DNA from: Prorocentrum cordatum
Taxonomy: Eukaryota
Assembly: GCA_963575745.1 (NCBI GenBank)
Contig: CAUYUJ010000242.1
Span: forward strand, 62,001 to 116,418
Reading direction: 5' to 3'
DNA: 54,418 nucleotides
The translations under genes were made by a program, and so were the position numbers. Under the pieces are notes generated by a model that was not told the origin of the DNA, ran no database searches, and saw only the letters and a list, made by a program, of their open reading frames with translations. Below, piece by piece: positions 10,830 through 23,200 of the stretch; position 1 is the stretch's first letter; the number at the start of each line of letters is the position of its first letter.

Positions 10830-11000
10830 CAGTCAACCAGCATAGTAAGGATGAGCGACTTTCCAAAGTTATCCCCTTGCATCCTTCACCTTCGGCGCAT
10901 CCGTGGCCGCTTTGACCTGCTGTTCCCCGCTCTCAAAGTGTCGTTGTCTTCCAAGGCCATTGCATCCTTCCCGAGCATCCTTACTATTATGGGTTGACTG
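10830..11000. mobile_element. 171-bp MITE-like element with CAGT-starting TIRs (Tc1/mariner/pogo-like ends)
   Basis: cagtcaacc-agc-atagtaaggatg (10830-10853) versus catccttactat-tatg-ggttgactg (10976-11000). Flanks are CA (left) and TA (right). Confidence 0.6.
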
Positions 11001-11330
11001 TATCCGTATCCTCATCCTCCCCCTCCTTGGCAAGGCCGACGTGCAGGATGACAAGTGATGGCTGCTGCGACCCTCCCTCCTTCGCCCCATCTTCTATATT
11101 ACTGAGATCTCGAAATGCTCGAAGATACCCAGCTGCCCTCCGACCCGTTCGGGACCTCCCCTGCAGCCCCTGCCGCGTGCCCTGTGCCCCCTGCAGCGTG
11201 CCCCCGTCGCCTTGCAGCGCATTGCGGTCGCGCACCCCTGGGAGAAGCTTGCGTGGAAACGCGAGCGCTTCGCGATTGGCGCGGCGTTTGAAAGCGGAAG
11301 AGAGGAAGGAGAGGGATAGAGGGGAGGGGT

Positions 11331-11519
11331 ATCCATTTCCCTGGTTTACATGCCCATGTTCCCTTCCCTTGCTAGCGATACTGATGCTTTCCCTGCCAGT
11401 GCCTCCTTTCCTTGAACGCGGGCCTAGCAGAGGCCCGAACGCGGTTACGGAACCTGCACCTAGCATCAGCTTCGCTAGCAAAGAAAAGGAACATGGGCAT
11501 GAGGATCAGGGAGATGGAT
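11331..11519. repeat. Inverted repeat with ~58-bp arms and 73-nt loop
   Basis: 11331-11388 pairs with 11462-11519; the inner 40 bp match at 35/40. Confidence 0.85.
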
Positions 11520-11679
11520 CATGGGCAGGGCTGGGCGGAGGCACGGAGGGCGGCCACCCCGAACCAGCCCATCTAGAAACGACGTCGACTTGACACCGAA
11601 GACTATCGCTGGTGGAAGGCGGTGTGGTCTCGATCTGTAGCTCGTGCCAGGCGCTCGCTGCGTCTCTCTGTCTTGTTGT

Positions 11680-11750
<71 letters not shown>

Positions 11751-12481
11751 ACTCTAGGCTCCGCCCCTGGAGGAAGAGGAGCAGGAGAAGGAAGCGGAGT
11801 AGGAGGAGGAAGAGTAGGAGGATAGAGAGGAGGGGAGGAGGAGGAGGTGGAGGAGGAGGACGATGAGGAGGAGAACGAGGAAGAAAACGAGGAGGAGAAA
11901 AAGGATGGAGCGGAAGAGCCCGAGCAGACCGAGCAGTGAGCAGCCGAGAGACGGAGCCAGAAATCATGGCCAGCTCGGAATTTGGGCCAGTCCGAGAAGG
12001 AGAGGGCGACGAAAAAAAAGAGGGGACAGGCAGACAGACAGAAACGGAAAAGGGGGAGGGAATGGAAGGGCGGGAGGGAGGATGGAGGAGCGATGAAATT
12101 AAGCAAGGACGGGGGACGGACGAAACAACGGGAGGGAAAGAAAAGTACAACGAGGAAAAGGGGAAAGGGAGGGGAAAGAGGGGAAGGCAGGCACCTGCTC
12201 CTCCTCCTCCTCCTCCTCCTCGTCCTCGTCGTCCTCGTCGTCCTCGTCGTCCTCCTCCTCCTCTTTCTCCTCCTCCTCCTCCTCCTCCTACTCCTCCTCC
12301 TCCTCCTCCTCATCCTCCGCCTCCTCCTCCTTTTCCTGTTCCTCCTCCTCATCCTCCTCCTCCTCCTCTCTCAACCCTCCTTTTCTCTTACCTCTGCTCA
12401 TATCTCCACCCGCCTCCTCTTTCTCCTCCTCCTCCTCCTCCTCCTCCTCCTCCTCCTCCTCCTCCTCCTCCTCCTCCTCCT

Positions 12482-12515
<34 letters not shown>

Positions 12516-12609
12516 CTCATGTTCCTCTTCCTCTTCCTCTTCGTCCTCCTCCTCCTCCTCCTCCTCCTCCCCCTTGTGTTTTTTTTTTTGCGGTTCAAGG
12601 GCTTGACTC

Positions 12610-13138
12610 ATGGCCCAGCTTTGGGAGTGGCCTGGGGGCCCCCCCTCCCCCTTCCCCCCCTCGGCGGATGTGGTGGTCCTCCCTGGGCCGCCTCCTGGGC
12701 TCGACCCAGTGGTGCCCTGGGAGGCCCCCGTCGCGCCTGTGGGCGAGGGGGAGCGGGCGCCACGGTGGGCTCCCAGGGGGTACCTGTTCCCGCGGGCCCC
12801 GCGGGATCGCCTGCCCGTGTGGGTGTGGCGGGCGTCCCAAAGGGCGCCGCTCCACCGCGTGCACATCACGCGGTGGTACAGGTGGCTGCAGGAGCCCGCC
12901 GCCGCCGTGCTCGAGTGGTTCGACGACCTCGGGCGCCTCAGGGCGAACCCTGATCTTTTGCAGAGCATTCGCTAGCAGATCGCAGCATCTAGTGCTGTTT
13001 GCAGCATGTGCTGCTATGCTAGCACAGCATATCATAGCACGGGCGCGCGCCGCACCCTGTAGGTACCACTTCGCGTGGTTCGACACCCGCTACGAGGGCG
13101 ACGACCGCTTCGTCCTTTGCGCCAGGCCAGTTCGCTGA
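12610..13138 (+). CDS. Small Trp/Pro-rich protein (~135 aa), exons 12610-12941 and 13063-13138
   Basis: GC3-rich ORF MAQLWEWPGG...LEWFDDLGRLR|YHFAWFDTRYEGDDRFVLCARPVR*. This join requires a GG-AG intron. An SL-like ttttgcggttcaag lies just upstream. Confidence 0.45.
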
Positions 13139-14117
13139 GGCGCGGGGGACCGATCGGGCACGTTCCCACTTTCTCCTCCTACTCTTCCGCCTCTCCTCCT
13201 CCACCTCCTCCTCCTCGCCGCTTGGCTCAACTGCGCGATCAATAGTTTGGTAGCGGAGCCCCAGCTATAGCCCGCGTGATTTCGCAACCTCGTTGAATTC
13301 GAAAACGAGCTCGTCGAATCCAAAAACTCTTCATTCACCTCTCTCCCTCCTTTCCTCTCGTCATCTCCTCCTCCTCCTCCTCCTCCTCCTCCTCCTCCTC
13401 CTCCTCCTCCCCTATATAGGTGTATATACTGTATACGATTATGTATGTATGTATGCATGTATACACATACATATATATATACAACATACGCGCGTATGCA
13501 TGTTATATGCGTGCATATAAATGATATGAATATACAAACATAACTAACATATCTATGTACGTAAATATATACACAAATTTCCATATGTTTGTATACATAT
13601 ATACATATAAATACATACACATACAATATATATATATAAAGACATAAATGTGCGCGGCTTGTATATGATGGTTCCGGGCTGCCACGGTGGTTCCGGACTC
13701 ATTCTGGCCCCTGAGATGGTTCCGGATGGGCGGTCGCGACTGGGAACCACTTCGCTGTTCCGGAGGACCCCTGGGTGTCTCAGGCCGCCCTGGAACGCTG
13801 GGATTCCCCACCTGGATTGTCCGCGAGCCTTCTGTGAGACGGCAATCGGCTTCTTGCAGCGGCCGCCGCTGACGCGCAGCCTCGTCTCTACAGCGGGCGC
13901 CTCGCCCGAAGGCGCCCCGTCGCTGCGGCCAGCGCTGCAGCGCCGCGCAGCCGCTGCTGCGGGGGTCGCGGCCGCCTCTGCGGCCCCGCCCGCAGAGAGA
14001 GGAAGGCCGCGCGCGCGGGGGGGGGGGGGGGGGGGGGGCGCGAGCCGCCCAGGGGGCCAAACGGCGACAGGACGGCCGACGAGGCCCCAGGGAGTGATCT
14101 GAGCTGAAACTCCCCGC

Positions 14118-14235
14118 GCGTTCAAAAGGGGTTGTTTACTTCCCTTTGAGCGCGCGCCCGCGCCCAATTTTTTGCCGGGGAAAAAATCGCGGGCACATTT
14201 TCATTCAAAAGGGGGTTTCACAATTTTTTGAACGC
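14118..14235. repeat. Short element with 10-bp terminal inverted repeat and internal hairpins
   Basis: gcgttcaaaa (14118-14127) / ttttgaacgc (14226-14235); internal gcccgcg...cgcgggc stem. Confidence 0.5.
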
Positions 14236-14499
14236 AGGAGGAGGGCGAGGGCGAGGGCGAGGGCGAGGTGGGGCGCGGGCGAGGGCGAGGGCGAGGGCGA
14301 GGAGGAGGAGGAGGGGGAGGAGGAGAGCGAGGGCGAGGGCGAGGGCGAGGGGAGGGGGACGGGGGGGGGACGGGCGGGGGGGGGGGAGATGGGGGGGGGC
14401 AGGGGGGACATGTGTTCTTCCCAGCGCTCAGCGGTGTCCATCCGCGGGCATCGCATCTTCTATTGCGGCCGTCGCAGTGGCCAATGCGACAGCAGCGGT

Positions 14500-15740
14500 G
14501 GAGACAGGCAGCAGTGGGAGGGACATGCCGGTCATGGAGTCGAAGGGGGATTTCCAGAACAGGTTCCAGGAGGAGAAAACGGTTGGAAGGGGGTTCTCAG
14601 AGGACGTCTTTTTGACGATGTCCGCGCGTTGGGAGTGGGTGGAAGAGCTTCTGGCAGACCGGAAGGCGGCGCGCAGGAGGCTCGGCACCACCGGGCACGG
14701 GGTGAAGATGCAGGGAGGGAAGGCCGCGGATGAGGAGGAGGACGACTACGAGGAGCAGAAGGACGGGGGCAAGCAGAACAGCAAGGGAAGGAGTGGCACA
14801 GGACGCAGTATGGAAGAGGACGGCTTTGGCACCGAACTCGCGGACAAAGTGGAGCGCCTGCGGGTGGCCGCGGGCGCGCAGACGAAGGCCCTGCAGAAGC
14901 TCGACGCCCTGCGCGCCAATTCCGTGGTGCCCCAGAAGAGCAAATGCGTCACCGTGAAGGCGTTCTACCTGGCCGTAGACGGGGTTGCGACGGAGCTGAG
15001 CACCGCGGTCCTGGACGACGCGCGAGCCCGCAGGGGGCGACGGCGATAGTGCAGGCGAAGGCCCAGGCCGCCAGGAAGCGCATTTTCGACAAGATTCTGA
15101 ATTGGATCGCCACGAAGGGCCAGTCTGACGTGATGTTCTGCTACATGGGGGCGGGCCGCCGAAGCAGATGGTGTCCGAGATGCCGCGCGTCGCGTTCGCC
15201 GTGCTGCAGGACATGCTTGGCCCAGACACCAAAAACGACCTTTACACGTGGTGGCCGGCATCCACATGCAAGGCAGAGTGGTGCATCGCGGTGGGGGGGC
15301 ACGACGGGGCGCGCGCCCTCGCAGGAGCAGGCGACGACGACGAGATGATCACCACCATGGCGCCCGAGACGAGCTTCGAGCACAACGGGGCGACCAGCGA
15401 CGGCAACGCTTTCGGGAGGCGCTTCGCGGAGAAGGCCGGGGAGAAGAGCCAGCTGCTCGCCATCGAGACGACCGCGCTGGACGCGGCCACGCCGGTGGGG
15501 AAGAAACGCGAGGCGCTGAGGTAGGGGCGGGCGGAGGGCCCGGGACGCGCGAACTCCTTTCGCCTCCCCCCCCATCGCCCCCCCCCCGCCCCGCTCCCCA
15601 GCTCCGCCGAAGCGCAGGCAGCGGGCGCGCTGGGGGCGATGGAGATTTGCGCAGCGAGGGGCTTGACCACGAGGAGCAGACGAGCGGGCGCAAGGCTGGC
15701 CCTGCCCGGCTCCTGGCGGAGACGCGGCTGATGCAGTGCG
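14500..15740 (+). pseudogene. Frameshifted coding relic of unknown function upstream of the LINE
   Basis: Protein-like, GC3-rich text hops between ORFs 14228, 14944 and 15168 (FLTMSARWEWVEELL; RKRIFDKILNWIATK; KNDLYTWWPAS). Confidence 0.45.
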
Positions 15741-16489
15741 ACCGTTTTCTTCAGCCTCCACAGGGGCAGGCGGCTCCAGACGGGCGGAATTTCATGTCCT
15801 ACGCTTGCTCATGGGAGCACTTGCTTCCAGAGAGACACCGGGGACTGCCCCGGGCAGCAGGGGAGAGAACCGCGCCCACTATCTCAGCGACCCCTCTTGG
15901 GAAGTACAACATAATTTCACGGAAACTGCGAGGCGCGAAGCCGCGCGCCCGTTCTCGAGGCAGAGTGAATCACGTGAATTTGGAGATGCCAGGCGGCGGA
16001 GGGGCAACGGCCCATCGTCGCTCTGGCGGCCGGCCCGGACTGGCAGCAGCCTTTCGGGCGGGCCCCGCGCGAAGCGAGGACTGGCAGCGGCCTTTCTCGC
16101 ATCGCGCGCAACGCGAGGTAGCGGGAAAAGAAAAATCCCCCACGACCGAGGGGCGCAACCCTCTCACCGATCACGTCAGTGATAGCACCGTCAGAGGTGC
16201 AGCGGGTCAGCCGCGGGGTCCGCCCCAGCGGAGTCCGAACAGTCGCGCCCCCGATGTGGCTTCCGATGGCTCGAGGCCGCGGAACACGGCGCGCGGGCTG
16301 AGGGGCGCCTTGGCTCAGGCCAGACGACGGCAACAACGAACGACGAAACGGAGGGAAGAAAGAAGGCGAGCGCGAAGCGCTCATCACACAGAGATGGCAA
16401 CGCAGTCTCGAAGCAAACAAGAATTGGTTCCACCCGCGGCTTAGGAACCTGGGAGTCGCCGTAACCGCGCAGAAAAATGCCCACTGGAA

Positions 16490-19390
16490 CATGATTAGGA
16501 ATCGCCACAGTCAACGCGCGCGGGATGAGACAAGCAGGGAAGCGGGAGGAAAGTGAGTCATGAATGAAAGCTAAAAGCCGTCATATTTTGGCATTCCAAG
16601 AAACGCACACTTCTCAAAACAGCAAGGAGTCACGGAATGAGTACAATTGGTTCTTCAGCGGGGAAGAACGCGTCTCGGCGGGGCAGTTTGCAGCTGGAGT
16701 AGGCTGTGTCATTCGCAACAATCTGATCTAATGAAATACGTAACAGATGTGGAGCCCGTTAATGGCCGCATCAGCGTACTCAAACTCAACCACGCCAGAC
16801 CAATCGCTCTATTTGCACTCTACGCTCCCCAGGCATTCAGACCAGAAGAGGATAAGGACACGTTTCACGAACAACTGCAGTGCGCTTACGCCAAGCGCAA
16901 ACCGAGGGCCGACTTGCATGCTCGGTGATTTTAACGCCAGAGTGCAGACGCGATACGGCGACGATGAGAGTAGCACGGTAGGGCCGCACACATTCCACGC
17001 CATCTCAGCTAACCCATATGACATGTCTCCAGAGGTATGGGAAAACCGCCAGTTACTCACTGAGCTTGCAAACCTGAACCACCCTCGTCGAGCCAACACG
17101 TGGTTTCGAGAACCCGCACAGACAGCAAGCCACGCACAGAGCGCCAGGCACGCAGAGGGGCACGCCATTGCACCGCCACGCCTACGAACAACTTGATTTC
17201 ATCATCACTCCGCGGAGGTGGAAAAACTCCACCGCAGACGCTGAGACTGACGCCGACGCTAATATCAACGCCGACCACTATCCCGCATGGGCCATTGTCC
17301 GGGCGCGGCCCAAAGCACTGCCCCAGCCCGGAAGAGCGCGGATCAAGTGCATCTCCGCCCGGCGCAGTGATCCGAAGGACCCGTCAACTTACGCCGCTGA
17401 GTTTGCCACTCTAGCAGAGAGGCTTATGCCGAGAGCGCCGGCGCGTGCTAGAGGCATCGCTCTTCGAGCCGCACTGAGCAGTTCTTCGCCGCGCGCGGGG
17501 GCGCGGCGCGTGCGCGGGGCCCGCGGGAGTTCGACCGGCTGGACAAAGAATGCAGAAAAAAACAGGCGAAAGAACGAGAAAGAGGCCGTGCTGCAATCGC
17601 TCTCCAGAGACCTAGACATCCGCGACAGACGGATGGGAATTCGGAGCCTAATCCGGTTACCAACCGCAGCCTTACCACGCAAGAGATACCCGCGGCAAAA
17701 CAATCGCTGTTGACCGGCATGCGGGCGCAGCGGCCGAGTACCTGGCGCAGCGCCTTTGGGGCCAATCAAACGCTCAATTTGTCCCTCCTCCTCCGCCCCC
17801 TCCTCCCCCCCCCCCTCCCCCCTCCTCCTCCGCCCCCTCCGCCCTCTCCGCCCTCTCCGCTCCGCGCGGCTGGCATTCGCGCTCATGAACTGCGCTTTAA
17901 CGAGGCAGACATCGCACTGGCAGAAGTCAGATCAGCCCTCAGGAAGTTCGAACATCGCAAGGCCTCTGGCCCGGGCGATGCGCCGATGGAAATATGCAAA
18001 GAGATAACCGATGATAGCCTTCAGGCGATGCTAGAAATCCTAAACACGTGGCGGCGTCAAGAGCATGTCTCTCCAGAAGTACTCCGAGCTCGAGTTGCGT
18101 TGATTCATTGGGGAAACTACCGGCCCATATCGCTGCTAAACAGCACCTGCAGTATATGCGCCGCTATAGTGCAAAAGCGTTTGGCCACGACACTCGACGC
18201 GCATCTTCAAACCACGCAGTGCGGATTCAGGCAACGCAGGGGCACGGCGCAGGCGATGCACTGTGTGCGCAGAATGGCAGAGTGCGGAGAGATCACAAAC
18301 AAACGAGCAATAATGGTGCTGCTTGATTGGGGAAAAGCGCTCGACGAGGTGACCAGACCCGGCCTTATTGATAGCGCTACAACGGATGGGCGTGCCCCCC
18401 AAATTCGTCGCCGTCATTCAGTCAATCCGCACGTGCGCAGAGTTCACGTTGGAGAGAGGGTGATCTTTCTCGACTTGGCAGGAACATCGCGCGGGAATTA
18501 GGCAGGGATGCCCCTAATCTCCGCATTGTTTTCTCGTCGCAATGGCGGTCATGTTGTCGGATATTCGCGACGCATTGGACGTCGCGCTTGAAGCCAAGAG
18601 AATCGGCGGCGTAGACGTTGGCGAAATTCTTGATGCCGATGACGCAATTTGCGCAAGCACGGACACCCGCGCCATGAACGCATTTCTCGCTATGATTGAG
18701 ACGGAAAGCGAGAAGTACGGGCTCAAGCTGAACAGAGGTAAATGCGAAATGGATACGACCGCAGATAATCCAAGCGTGCATTTCCGCGACAACGCCGCGG
18801 TGCCAAGATTGGAAGACGTTAACTACTTAGGCTGCCATCTTAAACAAAAGTCTGGCGCGCCTAAAGCGGTCAAAAAGAGGAAGTCCATATGCATGGCGCT
18901 GCTCAAGAAGCTCGATGCGTTCTGGCTTCGCAGTGATTGCCCTAAGCGGTTCAAGCTACTTGCACTGGATGCAGCCATCCGATGAAAACTGTTATTCGGA
19001 TTAGAGTCTGCGGAACTGAACGCGTCAGTTGCTGACCAACTGAACGCGTTTCAATTCAAAGGTCTGCGCAAAATCCAACGCTTAGATACGGCGCGTGTCA
19101 GTCGATCCAACAGTAACGCAAGGGTCTCGGAACTTGCCAACGCACGCGTCACCAACCAGGCTGGGCTGGGCAGGGCCAAGTTGTTTCCGGAAGTTTTCAA
19201 ACACCGGAAGATGATCTTACTTCAGCAAGTACTCGCAGCCAGCCGTAACGACCCCCGCAGACAGGCCACATTCGAGGCCGATTCGATTCGCCCCGAAGAA
19301 TTTGGCAAGATAAAGGGTAGGGCGACCAAGGCTCAGGTGGGCGAGTGAGGCTTTGACAGAATATTGGTTTCATATACAACCTGTACTAAG
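16490..19390 (+). mobile_element. Decayed non-LTR retrotransposon (APE endonuclease + reverse transcriptase)
   Basis: APE motifs: IATVNARG, LAFQETH, LYAP, MLGDFNAR, QLDFI, ADHYP. RT motifs: KASGPG, NYRPISLLN, QCGFR, LLDWGKALD, GIRQGCP, DADD (degenerate YADD), GLKLN..KC, YLG. Many stops and frameshifts. Confidence 0.93.
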
Positions 19391-19839
19391 CCAGAGTTTG
19401 AGAGGAGGGGATCTCAACGTCGGTAGCCCACGGGATTCGGCCGCAGTCCTCAGTGCAGCAAAATGCGAAGCATACCCGTGATGAAAGTTCGAATTCCCGG
19501 ACCCTCCCCTTCCCTCTCGATTTCCCCGCCCCCTTCCCCCCCCTGCCTCCCCCCCCCGCCTCCTGCTTCGCCGCCAGGCACGAGGTGGCGCGATCTTGAT
19601 TTTCCACGACGCTGCCGCTTCCGAAGCGGCGGCCCCCGGGCGCCCAAGCGTGCTTCCGCGCGCCGGGCAGGAGCAAAAAACTGCGAATCATGAGTGCGGT
19701 CGCCGCGACGCGCTCGGCCGCCGCCCTTGCGTTCCAAGACCACTAAGTACTTGAATACATCGAGTGAACCTCTGAAACACCCCACGTCCGGCACTCCGCA
19801 TTTGCGGTTCTGCGTGCATCGGGAGTGCCCTTGCGATCA

Positions 19840-21430
19840 GTCTCGGCCCCTGTGCGATTGCAGAGATAGTCTCCCCTCGCTGTCGAATGACTGCCTCGCC
19901 GTCTTGAACTTATTCGCCTGCCTCGCCTCGTCCGCCCGCCACGCTTCTGCCTCTGACTTCGTTTCCTTTTTCGCTTTAGCAGAAGCCTCCAGCAACCATT
20001 TCTCGCTCTTCTCCGCAGGCGCCGTGTTCACCAGCACTGGCACTGTAAGGGCCGACGCTGAATTGGCCTTACCTGACATTACGACTGCCGTCTCTTTTTT
20101 TGGGGGCTCCATGTTGAACAGCGCGACTGCGCCGCCTTTTTTCGAGGCGCGCTTCTGCCGCTCCGCCGCAGTGAGGCTGGTCACTACCCAAAAGTAGTGC
20201 ATGCTCTCTTTGGTATCCCACTCCCACGTGGTCCCATGGGGTTCAACGTCCGCAGGCGCGGTTCTCGTCGGCAGCTTGACGCCCGGGTGGAGATGCCCGA
20301 TTCGTTGTTCCAGCGCCGACAAGGAGTTTGGCTGCTTCACATGCACATTTATTTGCACTTTCTCGGGGTGCGTGCTTTTCTGGGCGCGCGGATTCATGGA
20401 TTTCATTGATTCCGGGGCGCACGGCCAGAACTCGGGCCTCCGCCTGGTGCCTACGGGTGGCTACAACGCGGCGCCTGCCCGACGAAGCCTGCGCTTGCAC
20501 GTCGATGCCCCCGCCGCAACTGCGGCCAAGTGGCGCGCCCACAGCCACGACCATAGCGTCGTTGAAAGCGTGCGACATCCCCAATTCTTCTTTTGACGAC
20601 GACTGAAACCACTCGGCCACTAGTAGCGTTGTCCATTTGTTGTCCTTCGTTTCTGCCTCCCTGCTAACCTGGGACGTCGTTGGAAGCTGCGTGTCTGCGT
20701 CAAGCGTCAGCACCTTGGGTTTCAGTGCTTCGCTCTTCGGCGCCGCTGCGTTATCTGCTGCAGCGGGCTCTTTGGCAGCAGGCAGTTTCGTGAAATCGAA
20801 CCAGGTTGGTTTCTTGGGGTCGTCCAGACGCGCCACTGCGCTTTCCAGTTTGCCGTGATCATCCTCACTGTCCAAAACGTCCAGAACTTTCTTGCAAGCA
20901 CGCACAGTCCCGATGCGAGCATCCACCAGATTAACCTTGGTGCTGGGGGTATGTTTTGGCAAATTCGCTGAGTGCGCTTGTGACCTCCAGGCGCGGGTTC
21001 GACTTGAACGCGAGCGGGTGTTCCATGGCGTTGACTGTGTCGGCCACGTGGTGCAAATACATCACCATGGCGGCGCTGGCGTTGCAGACGATGTCTTTCC
21101 ACTCGTGCATTGACCAGAAAAGCTCTGGATCTGGACACCACACCGCGGTATCATGCCTTTTTTTCCCCGAGGCGGTGCGTTCTTGCAGCAGCGCATGACC
21201 ACGGCCACCTTGACCCACGGCGCGTCGACGGGCAACTTGTTGGCGAGCCCGTGGGCGCCGAGGCGAAGAGCTCGCCTTTTCGAGTTCACGTATGTTTGGC
21301 AAAACTCAAAGCAAGAGACCGATGAACGCTGCCTTGGTGCTTCCGAGCCCGACCACGCAATCGAAAAACTCCACGAAATCGGGATCCTGGACGACCCGAT
21401 CGAGTTGTCGATTCATCGTTTTTGTTTATG
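19840..21430 (-). pseudogene. Decayed intronless gene with a SET-like C-terminal region
   Basis: Frameshifted pieces: SKRRALRL..PWVKVAVV, WCPDPELFW, PKVLTLD, RRVVATR, WEW..MHYFWVV, FNM, VPVLVNTAPAEKSEKWLL. The SET resemblance is by eye only. Confidence 0.45.
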
Positions 21431-23200
21431 CTGAAGAAGTCGCTCACAGATCGCGAAGATCGACGTCCTTCTGCAAGGCGTCCTTCTTCCAGTCGTCCTT
21501 CTTCCTGGCGCCCGTGGCCGATGAAGATGCAGTTCTGGTGGATGCCCTCCTTCTGGTGCCGCGAGTGGGTCTCCCAACTGATCTCCTTCTGGGCGACTTT
21601 GCCCAGCGGTGGCAGCGCCATCTTGCCCAGCTGATGTCGTATCCCGCGATTGCGGTTCGCGTCGTGTTGCCACTGTGGCATGTCGGGGACCGTGTCCCAT
21701 CCCGATGCTGGGTAGTCGAAGGCCAGACTGTCAGATTGGATTGGGCCCCAAGGGTCAATCTGGCCCGGCCAAACTGGATGATTTGGGTTATTCGCCAGAC
21801 TGGATTCTCGTTGGCCCACTCGCCAGATTGCCCCCAGTTGCCAGATTGGGCCTGCCAGATTGGCGCCAGATTGGCTTCGACTACCCAGCCAACTGATGCC
21901 GTATCCCGCGATTGCGGTTCGCGTCGTGCTGCCACTGCGGCATGTTGGGGGCCGTGTCCCATCCCGATGCGACGGCGGAGGTATTGGTCCTCGTCAGCCG
22001 GCGTGGCAGAGGCGGGGCGGGCGCGCTCTTGGATGGGTTGCCGCTCGGACTTCGCACTCTCCAGGTGGCGCGACCCAGCTCTGGTGTGCCACGAACTGGT
22101 TCTCGGCCACTCGCTGGAAGTGTTTTCCCGCCTGGTATTATGATGTTCCAACCTACTTCTAGCCTGGATCGCCAAAATGAGTTTCGAGCACCAGGGAGAC
22201 ACCCCCAAGCTCGAGGGTTTTCACGTGTCGGGCCCTGGGAGAAACTCTGTCGACACTATTTCGACACTCTTTCGACACTCTTTCGACACTTTTCTGGGTG
22301 CTCCAAATTATTTCAGAGATGTGGTCCTTAAGTACGATGGGAGCAACATAAGCCTGGTAGAGGACCGCTATCGGCATGGTGTTCGGAGCTCCGCAGTCGC
22401 GGAAGAGCTCCGCCGCGACTGCGTCTGGGATATCGAAGAGGCCGAGCACGAAGCGGACGTCCTTGTCGTGGATGGCCGTCAGGGCGCGGCGTTGCCAGTG
22501 CGCAACGCCCCAATGCCGCGGTTGGTCCTTTTGCATCTCGTGTTCGGCCTGCCACCCCGAAAAGACAGCGAAGGTCAGCGCGACCTCTTGGGTTCCTTGT
22601 GGAACCGTGCAAGTTGGTCCGGATGGTCCACCAGATGTGCGGCCTTGACGCTTCCCGTGCCATGACCACGGTATCTTTGACTTGGCTGCAGAAGTCCGAC
22701 GTCGTATGCAGCAGCCGTCGATCGATTGCATCCGCCAGCGCGCGGGGCTCAGGTACGGCGCTTGGCTTGTCAGAAACATGCCTGCCGCTTTCCTCGCCCT
22801 CGTGGGCGACAGACCCCAGGCCAACCCGAGGGCTCAGGAGGGGCGTGACCAAGTCAAGCCCTTGGCGCGGGTCGATCATTCAATCGGCGATTTCGCTTGG
22901 CTTAGACAGTGTTCGCGTGTGCCCCTTTTTCTGGGACCTCCCTGATCCAGCTGTCGGCGCCGAGCTTTGGCGCGAGCAAGTGGCTTGTAACGGGTTGGGT
23001 GTCGCGCCCTGCATGTATGTTTCATCGATTCTAGTGGCGATCCCCCTTCGAAGTGTGGTGCCGCTCCGCTCCAACTTGTTGTGTGCGACGTGTGCCATGC
23101 CGCATGCCTCACTTGCAACAGATTTTGCGCTCGCATCGCACCAGACTTCAGCACGCAAGAAGCGCAGGGCATGTAACGAGTACGTGGGGCATACGTCCAC
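21430..23200 (-). pseudogene. Decayed intronless gene of unknown function with an internal ~76-bp duplication
   Basis: Protein-like pieces in ORFs 22880, 22328, 22159 and 21286 (WQRRALTAIHDKDVRFVLGLF; LGKVAQKEISW..GIHQNCIFIG). The duplicated segment lies at ~21633-21708 and ~21895-21970. Confidence 0.4.
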
